This document shows, one piece after another, positions 44,154 through 52,798 of a stretch of 64,000 bases of DNA (position 1 is its first letter; every line of letters starts with the position of its first letter). The stretch is from a virus. Below the pieces are notes generated by a model. The model was not told the origin of the DNA. It worked only from the letters and a program-made list of their open reading frames with translations, and searched no databases. The stretch is from positions 32,001 through 96,000 of the IMG/VR virus record IMGVR_UViG_3300027963_004416. One strand, given 5' to 3'. Both the position numbers and the translations under genes were made by a program.

Positions 44154-44444
44154 AAGGAAAGGTGTTCTGGACGCGAGTTCGATTCTCGCCATCTCCACCA
44201 TAAGCGTATTGCCTGGTATGAGTGCCTATAGGCTTAATCAGAGTCCAATAAGTAATACGCTTATGATGGGGATGTCAAGGTTTCGACAGGGCAATGAGTA
44301 CAGATATGGACAGCACGTCAGGCGATCGACGTTAATGAAGCAGAACTAGTAAACGCAAACGATAGCGATTACAACATGGCTCTTGCTGCCTAACAGCTAA
44401 GACCGGAGTCTTGATAGTTGAACTTGGCAACAGAATCAACTATC
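44140..44444 (+). ncRNA. ssrA: Permuted two-piece tmRNA
   Basis: Acceptor piece with T-arm GCGAG-TTCGATT-CTCGC and CATCTCC-A-CCA (ends 44200) precedes coding piece GGGGATG (44268; G3.U pair); tag ANDSDYNMALAA* at 44355-44393; intervening hairpin 44199-44265; 5' boundary approximate. Confidence 0.93.
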
Positions 44445-44468
44445 ATTTATTTCTATGAGGCTAAAAAT

Positions 44469-44756
44469 ATGACAAAAGACGAGATTTATAATCTAATTAT
44501 AGTAACAATGAAGAAGGATTATGATATCGATATTAGCGGCATGCCTGCCAATACACCTATATCTACTATTAAGGAGATGGCTCCAAAGCTAGACTCGTTG
44601 GAATATCTTCAGTTTATTTTTGGTATGGAAGACAAGACGGGCATTGAATTACCTGAAGGCAGCCCGGTGCCAGAGACAATAGGAGATATTTTAGATGCTT
44701 TTGTCACAGCTTTGGGAAATAGACTTAATATATCAGTTAATTATAAGATGGATTAA
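44469..44756 (+). CDS. Acyl carrier protein
   Basis: LDSLEYLQFIFGMEDKTGIELP with phosphopantetheine Ser; TIGDI C-terminal helix; GAGG RBS. Confidence 0.85.
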   Translation: MTKDEIYNLIIVTMKKDYDIDISGMPANTPISTIKEMAPKLDSLEYLQFIFGMEDKTGIELPEGSPVPETIGDILDAFVTALGNRLNISVNYKMD

Positions 44757-44759
44757 GAA

Positions 44760-45497
44760 GTGATTTTAAAATCACATCCATTTACTAATCGGTTTGTTAG
44801 CTTAGCAAATATTATTATTGCTTTAGTGGGAACATTTTTCATAGTTCCCAGTATTAAAATACTTATTTTATCATTATTTTTATTTTTTATTTTATTCTGG
44901 TTTGGTCATAATATAGGGCAGCATAGGTATCTATCACACGAATACTTTTCTCTTAGCAGACCAGTGCATTATGTCATAGTTTATCTAGCAAATGCAGTTG
45001 GGTATGGCTCGGCATTTGGCTGGGCTACCTTTCATCGCAATCATCATCTAACTAGTGATACGGGAAAAGATCCGTATCACTTTGATAGCCCCTTGAAAGC
45101 TTTTTTAAACATTACTAATTATGATCATATAAGGTATTTTAGAAGTAAGCTCTTAGGTGATCGTTTTGTAGTTTTTACACATAAATACTATCATCCATTT
45201 TTGATAGTTAATAGTATAGTACTGTTTTTAATAAGTCCTGTTCTATGGATCTCGTACCACTACTCGGTCATTATGTGTTATTTTGCATTTATCTGGACCG
45301 CAGTCTTTTCTCACAAAAAGACAATATTTTCATATAAGAACTTCGACGGCCCGGCTTATAACGATTTTATATACGGCTACATTTTAGGTGATTGGCACAA
45401 TAACCACCATACCAACCCACATATTCAGAATCAAAAAGTAAAATGGTGGGAATTTGATATAATCGATTTTTTTATTAGGAAAATTAAAAGTGTATAA
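44760..45497 (+). CDS. Membrane fatty-acid desaturase 1 (delta-9/DesC-like fold)
   Basis: His boxes HRYLSH, HRNHH, WHNNHH; WWEFD; TM segments. Confidence 0.9.
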   Translation: MILKSHPFTNRFVSLANIIIALVGTFFIVPSIKILILSLFLFFILFWFGHNIGQHRYLSHEYFSLSRPVHYVIVYLANAVGYGSAFGWATFHRNHHLTSDTGKDPYHFDSPLKAFLNITNYDHIRYFRSKLLGDRFVVFTHKYYHPFLIVNSIVLFLISPVLWISYHYSVIMCYFAFIWTAVFSHKKTIFSYKNFDGPAYNDFIYGYILGDWHNNHHTNPHIQNQKVKWWEFDIIDFFIRKIKSV

Positions 45498-46263
45498 ATG
45501 GCCTTTAGATTTTATTTTTAAGTCTCGCGATCACTTACAAAAATATATTATTACAATGCAATTCGTGCTCGCAGTTGTCGCATTTAGCACGTATGGGGCA
45601 AATGCATGGTTTATAAGTTTAAGTTTTCTATGGTACCTTGTAATGCTACATGTAGGACACAACGCAGGGCTTCATAGATACTTCTCGCACAGCTCATACA
45701 AACTATCGAAGCCCTGGCATATCTTTATTACGTTCATTTCTACACTAGTGGCGTTCGGCTCACCGCTTGGATACGCTATAATTCACAAAACCCATCATCG
45801 CTACTCAGATACCCCTGATGATCCACATCAACCTAAAAAACCCGTAAAGACTTTTTTCTTCATGTTTAATTCAAGTGATGAAAAAATATCACCGCTTTAC
45901 GCGAGAGGTCTTAGAGACTACTGGATAAGCTTTACTCATAGCTACTACTTACTAATACTTGTCACTTTTTATATTGCGTTATTGGCTATAGATCCAATAG
46001 TTGCGCTTTCCTATAACGTAGGAATTTGTGGAATTTTACTTGGAACAGGGTGGGTTAATGTTGTGAATCATACTAGTAATTTTCTTTCGTATAGAAATTT
46101 TCAAACTAAAGATAAATCAAACAACGATTTAGTAGCAGGGTATTTACTAGGCGAATGGCATAACAATCACCACGCTAATCCGACGTCTTATACTCAAAAA
46201 GTAAAATGGTGGGAACTAGATATACCTACATTTATTATAAAGTCTATAAAGAATGAAGATTAA
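45490..46263 (+). CDS. Membrane fatty-acid desaturase 2
   Basis: HRYFSH, HKTHH.YSDT..DPH, GEWHNNHH, WWELD. Confidence 0.92.
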   Translation: MYKWPLDFIFKSRDHLQKYIITMQFVLAVVAFSTYGANAWFISLSFLWYLVMLHVGHNAGLHRYFSHSSYKLSKPWHIFITFISTLVAFGSPLGYAIIHKTHHRYSDTPDDPHQPKKPVKTFFFMFNSSDEKISPLYARGLRDYWISFTHSYYLLILVTFYIALLAIDPIVALSYNVGICGILLGTGWVNVVNHTSNFLSYRNFQTKDKSNNDLVAGYLLGEWHNNHHANPTSYTQKVKWWELDIPTFIIKSIKNED

Positions 46264-46984
46264 AAGATATATTTTATTTCTAGGAATTTTTCTTACCGGG
46301 CTTTATTTTTTAATTGACTCTGTTATAAATGACAGCCCCATTAATTACTATTTGTTAACATTTCTAGTTTACATACAGATCGTCTTTAATCAATTAGTAC
46401 TTCATAGAATTTTTAGCCACCGCGCTTTTAAAATATCCTGGTATCTTAGAGATATTTTCTGTTGCTTTACACTTTTAAGTATGTTTAGTTCTTCAAGAAC
46501 CTACATTGCAATGCATAGATTACATCACAGATATACAGATACCGAACTAGATCTGCACGGACCACACCAGGGGTTCTTTACTCTTATAGATATGCATATC
46601 GTTGACTCTAAGCTTATAGGTAAGATTGACAAGAATGAATCAAGAATAGAAACATTCATTAACACATACTACTATGAGCTTACATATGGCACTATATTTT
46701 TATCCTTGTTAATTAACACCGTTTTCTTTAAATACTTAATTCTTAGTGTAATGTTTAATTATATCTGTATTGATGTATTTAATTATTTTTCACATAAAAA
46801 AACACCGTTTAACTATAGAAACTACGACACCTTAAATAACTCTCACAATAATTTATTTTTAGGTATATTTGGTGGTGACTGGCATAATAATCACCATGCC
46901 TTCCCTAACGAGCCTAATCAAAGAAAACGCTGGTGGGAATTCGATCCGATATTCTATTTTGGTAAAGTATTAGAAAAGATATGA
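46253..46984 (+). CDS. Membrane fatty-acid desaturase 3
   Basis: HRIFSH, HRLHH.YTDT..DLH, WHNNHH, WWEFD. Confidence 0.92.
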   Translation: MKIKRYILFLGIFLTGLYFLIDSVINDSPINYYLLTFLVYIQIVFNQLVLHRIFSHRAFKISWYLRDIFCCFTLLSMFSSSRTYIAMHRLHHRYTDTELDLHGPHQGFFTLIDMHIVDSKLIGKIDKNESRIETFINTYYYELTYGTIFLSLLINTVFFKYLILSVMFNYICIDVFNYFSHKKTPFNYRNYDTLNNSHNNLFLGIFGGDWHNNHHAFPNEPNQRKRWWEFDPIFYFGKVLEKI

Positions 46985-48159
46985 GAAGAGTAGTTATAAC
47001 AGGCGCCGGCGCGATAACACCTATAGGTGGTGATTTAGATACAATAGAACACAGGCTATACAATAGTATTTCAGGTCTAAAATGGAACGATAGCCATAAT
47101 ACCGTGAGCGGCTCGGTAGATGAAAATATTGACTCTATGTTCTCATCATCAGATACAAATCTTACGGATAAAGTAACTAAACTCTCCTGGATTTCCTATG
47201 AGAGGGCCCGTGATGATTCAGGTATAGTACCTGAAGGTATATTTTATGGAGTAGGGTTTGGCGGAGCCCTTACAGTGGAAGAATGCTATAGTAATATTTC
47301 TAACGGTAAGAAAATTAACCCTATCTCCATTATTAAAGCGATGCCCAATCAGGGTGCAAGCTATATTTCTTTGAGAGAAAAAATCACCGGGCCGTGCATC
47401 TCATATACCACAGCGTGCTCATCGTCCGCCGTAGCATTAGGAGAGGCATATTTAAGAATAAAGAGTGGTGCTTTAAAAAACGCCGTAGCAGTTGGCTCGG
47501 AATGCTTAAATACCAAACTTAACGCCAGCTGGTGGCGCGGTATAGGCGCAATTAATGAAGATAAGGAATATAGTTTTAATGCGGTTAGACCATATTCAGC
47601 AGATAGAAAAGGGACAGCCATATCAGAAGGATCAGTATCATTAATCTTAGAAGATTTAGAATACGCTTTATCCCGTAAAGCCAAAATATACTGTGAGATT
47701 ACGGGGTATGGCTTATCTACAGGGACAGAAACATTTACCAAGCCCTGCAGGTCTTCCCAAGCACGAGTAATAAAAGAATGCTTAAAAGATTTAAATACTA
47801 AAGATATATCTTATATTAATAGTCATGGTACAGGGACCCCGGTAGGTGACTTAATAGAACTTCAAGCTATAGAAGAAGTATTCGGCAAAGAAGTAGTAAA
47901 TATACCTATCTCTTCAACTAAATCCCTCACTGGCCATCTATTGGGTGCAGCTGGTACCTTTGAAACTCTAGCTTGTATTTTTGTTATAAAAAATAATAGA
48001 ATTATACAAAATAACTTTATTAATGGGTTAGATGCAGATATAAGTAGTAATATATTCTTACCTACCATACCTGTGTTTAACCCTATTAATACTGTACTAA
48101 ATAATTCCTTTGCATTCGGTGGTACTAATGTATGTCTTGGATTAACAAAATGGAAATAA
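46981..48159 (+). CDS. Beta-ketoacyl-ACP synthase (FabF/NodE-like)
   Basis: RVVITG; catalytic TACSSS, HGTGT and KSLTGHLLGAAG; NSFAFGG. Confidence 0.95.
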   Translation: MRRVVITGAGAITPIGGDLDTIEHRLYNSISGLKWNDSHNTVSGSVDENIDSMFSSSDTNLTDKVTKLSWISYERARDDSGIVPEGIFYGVGFGGALTVEECYSNISNGKKINPISIIKAMPNQGASYISLREKITGPCISYTTACSSSAVALGEAYLRIKSGALKNAVAVGSECLNTKLNASWWRGIGAINEDKEYSFNAVRPYSADRKGTAISEGSVSLILEDLEYALSRKAKIYCEITGYGLSTGTETFTKPCRSSQARVIKECLKDLNTKDISYINSHGTGTPVGDLIELQAIEEVFGKEVVNIPISSTKSLTGHLLGAAGTFETLACIFVIKNNRIIQNNFINGLDADISSNIFLPTIPVFNPINTVLNNSFAFGGTNVCLGLTKWK

Positions 48160-48764
48160 GACCTAGAAAGTTTAGCTTTAAATTAACAAAATACTGGTTT
48201 GATAATAATAAATTTAAAACTTTTTTTTGGAATGCTAATTCATTATTATTTGAGCAAAATGAATACATCTTCTGCAGACTTCTAAGTTTTTACAAAAAGA
48301 AAGTTAAAGACAAAACATTATTAGCTGAAATAGATATTTTATTCGGACAAGAAAGCTGGCATAGTTATAATCATAAAGCATTTAATGAACAATTATCATT
48401 AAACTACGATATAAGCTCTATTCAAAATAAAGCAAAAAGGCTAGCCGGGCGCGTTCTTATCTTAAAAAATAGTGATAAGCTATCGTATGCAGTTTGCTTT
48501 GAAGCTATGATAGTTAGAGTATGTAAGCTTTTACTAAAGGAAAAATTTACAAATACTGACCCTGAAATCAAAAACTTCTGGCTTTGGCATACTCAAGAAG
48601 AAATAGAACACGGCTATATTGCACGTAAACTATACAGATATTTTAAGTTTTCAAGATTACTAAATATAATACACATGCTCAAGCTTCTTATACTATACAT
48701 TGACTTTATAGTTTTTTCTTTAAAAGAATTTTACTTACAGGATAGACGACATGCAATTATCTAA
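48150..48764 (+). CDS. Predicted metal-dependent hydrolase family protein (COG3687-type), ferritin-like diiron motifs
   Basis: IRPRK..F....W...T.F.NA.S.LF; QESWH...H; FE; WLWHTQEEIEH. Confidence 0.75.
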   Translation: MEIRPRKFSFKLTKYWFDNNKFKTFFWNANSLLFEQNEYIFCRLLSFYKKKVKDKTLLAEIDILFGQESWHSYNHKAFNEQLSLNYDISSIQNKAKRLAGRVLILKNSDKLSYAVCFEAMIVRVCKLLLKEKFTNTDPEIKNFWLWHTQEEIEHGYIARKLYRYFKFSRLLNIIHMLKLLILYIDFIVFSLKEFYLQDRRHAII

Positions 48765-49218
48765 AAACTTTACCTTAGAAGAATTTACCAAGAGCGACAC
48801 AGCAACAAAGAAGGGTATTGATAATACCCCTCAGGGTGTCCATATGGAAAACTTAAAGAACTTAGTAGAAAAGGTTGTGCAACCTGTTCGAGAGCATTAC
48901 GGGAAGCCCGTAAAGGTAAACTCAGGGTATAGAGGTGCTAAGCTTAATGAAGCTGTAGGTGGCGCTGCAACAAGCCAGCATTGCAACGGTGAAGCGTGTG
49001 ATATTGAAGTCCCCGGCATTCCAAATGCTGATTTAGCTGCTTACATTAGAGATAACTTACCCTTTGACCAGCTTATTCTCGAATTTTATACACCAGGTAT
49101 TCCAGACTCAGGGTGGGTGCATGTTTCACTCAAGAAAGACGGCCCACAACGTAAGCAATGCCTTACAGCACTTAAAGAAGGCGGCAAGACCGTTTACAAG
49201 CCAGGATTTTTAGCATAA
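48751..49218 (+). CDS. Peptidase M15A endolysin
   Basis: LSKNFTLEE, NSGYR, SQH..GEACD, WVHVS; ACTAAATA late site at 48659. Confidence 0.9.
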   Translation: MQLSKNFTLEEFTKSDTATKKGIDNTPQGVHMENLKNLVEKVVQPVREHYGKPVKVNSGYRGAKLNEAVGGAATSQHCNGEACDIEVPGIPNADLAAYIRDNLPFDQLILEFYTPGIPDSGWVHVSLKKDGPQRKQCLTALKEGGKTVYKPGFLA

Positions 49219-49851
49219 TTGTTTACTGTAATTAAAGTTCATGTAGATAGTAACCCTACCTGCAGCGAAACAGTAAATGCCGGTCTTTTAAGCAAAGAGA
49301 GTGTTAAATACTTTGATAAAGACGGCTTTGAGCTTACCCCTTTAGAGCAAGCTTACTACTGCGCTGCAGGATATCAGAATAAGATTGGTAACGGGTGCTT
49401 ATACCATACCTGCTGGCAAGAACCCTGGTTTGATATAAGCAAGGAAGATCCATTTTTTATAGATCACACTATGATACTACATAGATGTGATTTTACTGAT
49501 GAAGCTGCAATACAACTACACAAGTATCAAAAAAGACTCCCACAACTTAACTATCTTATTAATTGTAAGAAGAAATGGGGGTTAGATTTTAGTTTAGATT
49601 ATTTAAATCATGATGATGATAGAGTGTATGAAATAGTTCATATAGAACAAGATTCAAACTCATATGAACACTTTATCAACCTTAAAGGTCAGTTTGAAGA
49701 ATTTGTTATATCCACTGACTGGAACCACGCAGCTAAGGTACTACTTAAAGAGAAGCACCGTTGGCTACCTCTCGAAGGAATGGCTCGTAATGACTGGAAA
49801 GCTAAGTTTTTTGGCTATGGTCAGGCTGAGAGTACCATCAAGTCAGTATAA
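49219..49851 (+). CDS. Hypothetical protein
   Basis: 210-aa ORF with TTG start. Confidence 0.7.
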   Translation: MFTVIKVHVDSNPTCSETVNAGLLSKESVKYFDKDGFELTPLEQAYYCAAGYQNKIGNGCLYHTCWQEPWFDISKEDPFFIDHTMILHRCDFTDEAAIQLHKYQKRLPQLNYLINCKKKWGLDFSLDYLNHDDDRVYEIVHIEQDSNSYEHFINLKGQFEEFVISTDWNHAAKVLLKEKHRWLPLEGMARNDWKAKFFGYGQAESTIKSV

Positions 49852-49902
49852 CTGGCTTTAATATTCCTTTACATCTATAATCAGAAAAATTTAGGAGATA
49901 GC

Positions 49903-50454
49903 ATGGATAATATCCAATCTATTACCAAAGGTCTTCTGTATTTTACTCTAGGTGTTATGTTTGTCAATTCGTTCTTTGTTTTTGGCCACTATCTTACAAC
50001 TTTATACACAAGTAAAATTACTAAGCCGGTACCAGAAGTAGCTGTTACAAAGGATACACTAGCTACACCAAGACAGCTTGAATGTCTTACCAGAAACATT
50101 TATTATGAAGCAGCAACTGAACCTTTTGAAGGTAAACTTGCAGTAGCACAGGTAACTGTAAATCGTGCTAGGAGCGATACATTCCCTAACGATATTTGTC
50201 AGGTTGTGTATCAAAAAACTTACAAGAATAATAAAAAACCAGTCTGTCAATTTTCGTGGTATTGTAAGCAAACCAATATGCCTATTTACTATGATAATTA
50301 CCTAGAATCAGAAAAAGCGGCTAGAAAGATACTTATGGAAGGGTTTATGTTAGAAAAGGTGAAGGGTGCTTTATATTATCACGCTGACTATGTTCACCCT
50401 AACTGGAATAAACAGAGAGTAGCAAAAATAGGGAGACATATTTTTTATAAATGA
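49903..50454 (+). CDS. SleB-like cell wall hydrolase (Hydrolase_2) with N-terminal TM
   Basis: CLTRNIYYEA, AVAQVTVNR, CQFSW, YYHADYV, IGRHIFY. Confidence 0.92.
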   Translation: MDNIQSITKGLLYFTLGVMFVNSFFVFGHYLTTLYTSKITKPVPEVAVTKDTLATPRQLECLTRNIYYEAATEPFEGKLAVAQVTVNRARSDTFPNDICQVVYQKTYKNNKKPVCQFSWYCKQTNMPIYYDNYLESEKAARKILMEGFMLEKVKGALYYHADYVHPNWNKQRVAKIGRHIFYK

Positions 50455-50690
50455 CAGAAGATATTTTTGGAATAAAAACTCCTACAGAGTTCATGGGAGA
50501 AATAGATAAGCTATCTCTAGAAAAAAGAATTTCGTATCTGGATGCGGTGGTGCTTTACTGCGAGCAAAATAATATAGAAATAGAGACTGCGGCTTCTTTA
50601 ATTAAAGGCAGCACTAAAATGAAAGCGCGAATTCAAGATGATGCGGAAGATTTAAATTATTTACCTAAAACAAGGAAACTACCTATATGA
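50451..50690 (+). CDS. gp33: Late transcription co-activator gp33
   Basis: SYLDAVVLYCEQNNIEIE...AEDLNYL; position before gp59 and gp32. Confidence 0.9.
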   Translation: MTEDIFGIKTPTEFMGEIDKLSLEKRISYLDAVVLYCEQNNIEIETAASLIKGSTKMKARIQDDAEDLNYLPKTRKLPI

Positions 50691-51256
50691 CTACTTTACC
50701 CGGGCACCTAGGCGGCCATGAAAATGAAACGCACGTTGATGAAGGCGCAATTAATTATTTAATTGAGAATCTGGAAGTTAAGTCAGTTTTAGATATTGGA
50801 TGCGGACCTGGCGGTGTAGTTGAACTCTGCAAGAATAAAGGTCTAGATGTACTAGGAGTGGACGGTGACTTTACAGTAGAACGACCAGAGAGCATTAAGG
50901 ACAATGTAGTTATCCATGATTATTCTAAGGGTCCTTTTATTCCAGAGAAGAAGTATGATTTAGCCTGGACAGTAGAGTTTGTCGAACATGTTGATGAAGA
51001 ATACATGCCTAACTTCATTGAGACTTTTAAATCTTGCAAATACGTTATCATGACTCATGCACTACCAGGTCAACCTGGTCACCATCACGTTAATTGTCAG
51101 CATGCAGGCTACTGGTTAAATGTGATGGAAAAAAATGGGTTTAAGCCTATGCCCTTTACTTTACAACAAGTGCGAGAAGCGTCTACTATGCGGGAACGCT
51201 ACATTAGACAGCAAAGCCTTTTCTTTAAGAACCTAAATTTTGATGGATGCGTTTGA
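50687..51256 (+). CDS. Class I SAM-dependent methyltransferase
   Basis: VLDIGCGPG, GVDG, EFVEHV, PGQPGHHHVN. Confidence 0.85.
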   Translation: MTTLPGHLGGHENETHVDEGAINYLIENLEVKSVLDIGCGPGGVVELCKNKGLDVLGVDGDFTVERPESIKDNVVIHDYSKGPFIPEKKYDLAWTVEFVEHVDEEYMPNFIETFKSCKYVIMTHALPGQPGHHHVNCQHAGYWLNVMEKNGFKPMPFTLQQVREASTMRERYIRQQSLFFKNLNFDGCV

Positions 51257-51824
51257 AGCTTATAAATTATATCTTGCTTTAAAGAACCATTTTACGAGTA
51301 AAACATATGACTACTTTAAATATGGCGGGCGAACTAAAGCCTCCCGTACAACATTTGAAAAAAGATCTGACAAGTACTTTTTCCACAAGCTTTCAAAGCG
51401 AAAAGATCCCGTTGAGTTTCTCGTATCCAATTTTGTATACAGCGGCGACAACTGGATCGGGGATTTGGTACACAACACAGAATCTGAAAGGCTATACAAG
51501 CAGTTCTTAAAGGTAAAAGAATCTCTTTCATATACCTTTAGTAATGACTTGGATAAATTAGAGTCAGAATTCGATTCTAATTTTTTAGTAGTAGACGGTC
51601 AGCATCCATTACTATTAAAGCTTCTTCTTCGGAACGAAATAACAATAGAGACGTTTGTTATACTAGATGAGCTGGTAAGTTTTTCTAGGAAGTGGAGTAG
51701 ACGTATAGAGGAAACAGTAGTTTGGCCACAAGTAAATTTAAAGTGCAAGAAATACAGGCAGTTTTTAGAGTTTGATAGAGATAAGATGAAAAAAATTGTG
51801 CTGGATAAATTTTCACAAAAGTAA
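51243..51824 (+). CDS. gp59: Helicase loader gp59
   Basis: YKLYLALKNHF...YDYFKY.G...F.KR.DKYFF.KL. Confidence 0.92.
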   Translation: MDAFEAYKLYLALKNHFTSKTYDYFKYGGRTKASRTTFEKRSDKYFFHKLSKRKDPVEFLVSNFVYSGDNWIGDLVHNTESERLYKQFLKVKESLSYTFSNDLDKLESEFDSNFLVVDGQHPLLLKLLLRNEITIETFVILDELVSFSRKWSRRIEETVVWPQVNLKCKKYRQFLEFDRDKMKKIVLDKFSQK

Positions 51825-51901
51825 TATAATATATACTATATCGTCATGAGTAAGTGGATACGACGTTATACTTTAATACAACGCTAATAAGGAGCAAATA
51901 C

Positions 51902-52798
51902 ATGGCAGTCGATTTTTCTCAACTTAAGAAGTCCCGTCAAAATCAGTTCGATCAGCTTACTAGCGAACTGACCAAGCTTAACACTCAACAAACCGCTAAC
52001 AGTTCAGACGATAATCGTTTCTGGAAGGCTGAAGTAGATAAAGCAGGTAATGGCTATGCGGTAATCCGTTTTCTACCTGCACCTACCGGTGAAGATGTAC
52101 CTTTCGTGCGCGTTTGGGATCACGGATTCCAAGGACCTGGCGGCTGGTACATTGAGAAATCTCTTACCACTCTAGGTCAAAAAGACCCGGTATCAGAGTA
52201 TAATACTCAGCTTTGGAATTCAGGGGTTGAAGCAAATAAGGAAATTGTTCGTAAGCAGAAGCGACGTTTGAGTTTTGTCTCAAATATCTACGTTGTTAAG
52301 GATCCTGCGCACCCTGAGAATGAGGGTAAGGTTTTCCTATACAAGTATGGTAAAAAGATTTTCGATAAGCTTAATGAGACTATGAATCCTCAATTTGAGG
52401 ACGAGAAGCCAGTAAACCCGTTTGATCTATGGGAAGGTGCTAATTTTAAGCTTAAGATTCGAAATGTTGAAGGCTATCGTAACTATGATAAGTCAGAGTT
52501 TGAATCTCCATCACCTCTTTTAGATGATGATGAAAAACTTGAAAAGATCTGGCATTCAGAACATAAGCTGCAGCCTTTCCTTGATCCTTCTAATTTTAAA
52601 TCGTATGATGAGCTCAAGGATAAGCTTAACCGAGTACTTGGTTTGACTGGTACAGTCAAACCTCAAACACGTGCTGAGGATAGCCCACCTTGGGAAGAAG
52701 AAGCAGCGCCGGTTATTAAGTCCAAGCCTGCTCCAGTCATGGAAGAAGATGACGATGAGTCAATGGACTTCTTTAAGAAGCTGGCAGAAGAAGATTAA
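51902..52798 (+). CDS. gp32: Single-stranded DNA-binding protein gp32
   Basis: GNGYAVIRFLP, HGFQGPGGWYIE, YGKKIFDK, GANFKLK, acidic tail. Confidence 0.97.
   Translation: MAVDFSQLKKSRQNQFDQLTSELTKLNTQQTANSSDDNRFWKAEVDKAGNGYAVIRFLPAPTGEDVPFVRVWDHGFQGPGGWYIEKSLTTLGQKDPVSEYNTQLWNSGVEANKEIVRKQKRRLSFVSNIYVVKDPAHPENEGKVFLYKYGKKIFDKLNETMNPQFEDEKPVNPFDLWEGANFKLKIRNVEGYRNYDKSEFESPSPLLDDDEKLEKIWHSEHKLQPFLDPSNFKSYDELKDKLNRVLGLTGTVKPQTRAEDSPPWEEEAAPVIKSKPAPVMEEDDDESMDFFKKLAEED

Noticed and set aside
44168-44200. Stand-alone tRNA (T-arm + CCA)
   Set aside because: No D or anticodon arm upstream; it pairs with GGGGATG at 44268 as part of the permuted tmRNA
44418-44468. TTG-started N-terminal extension of the ACP
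   Set aside because: Lies inside the tmRNA 3' hairpin; ATG 44469 has a GAGG RBS and gives a normal ACP length
44469-48764. Calling the lipid cluster a definite polyyne pathway or an integrated mobile element
   Set aside because: No acyl-AMP ligase, thioesterase or rubredoxin in the window; the desaturase motifs look delta-9-like; no integrase or att repeat seen. The product remains unknown
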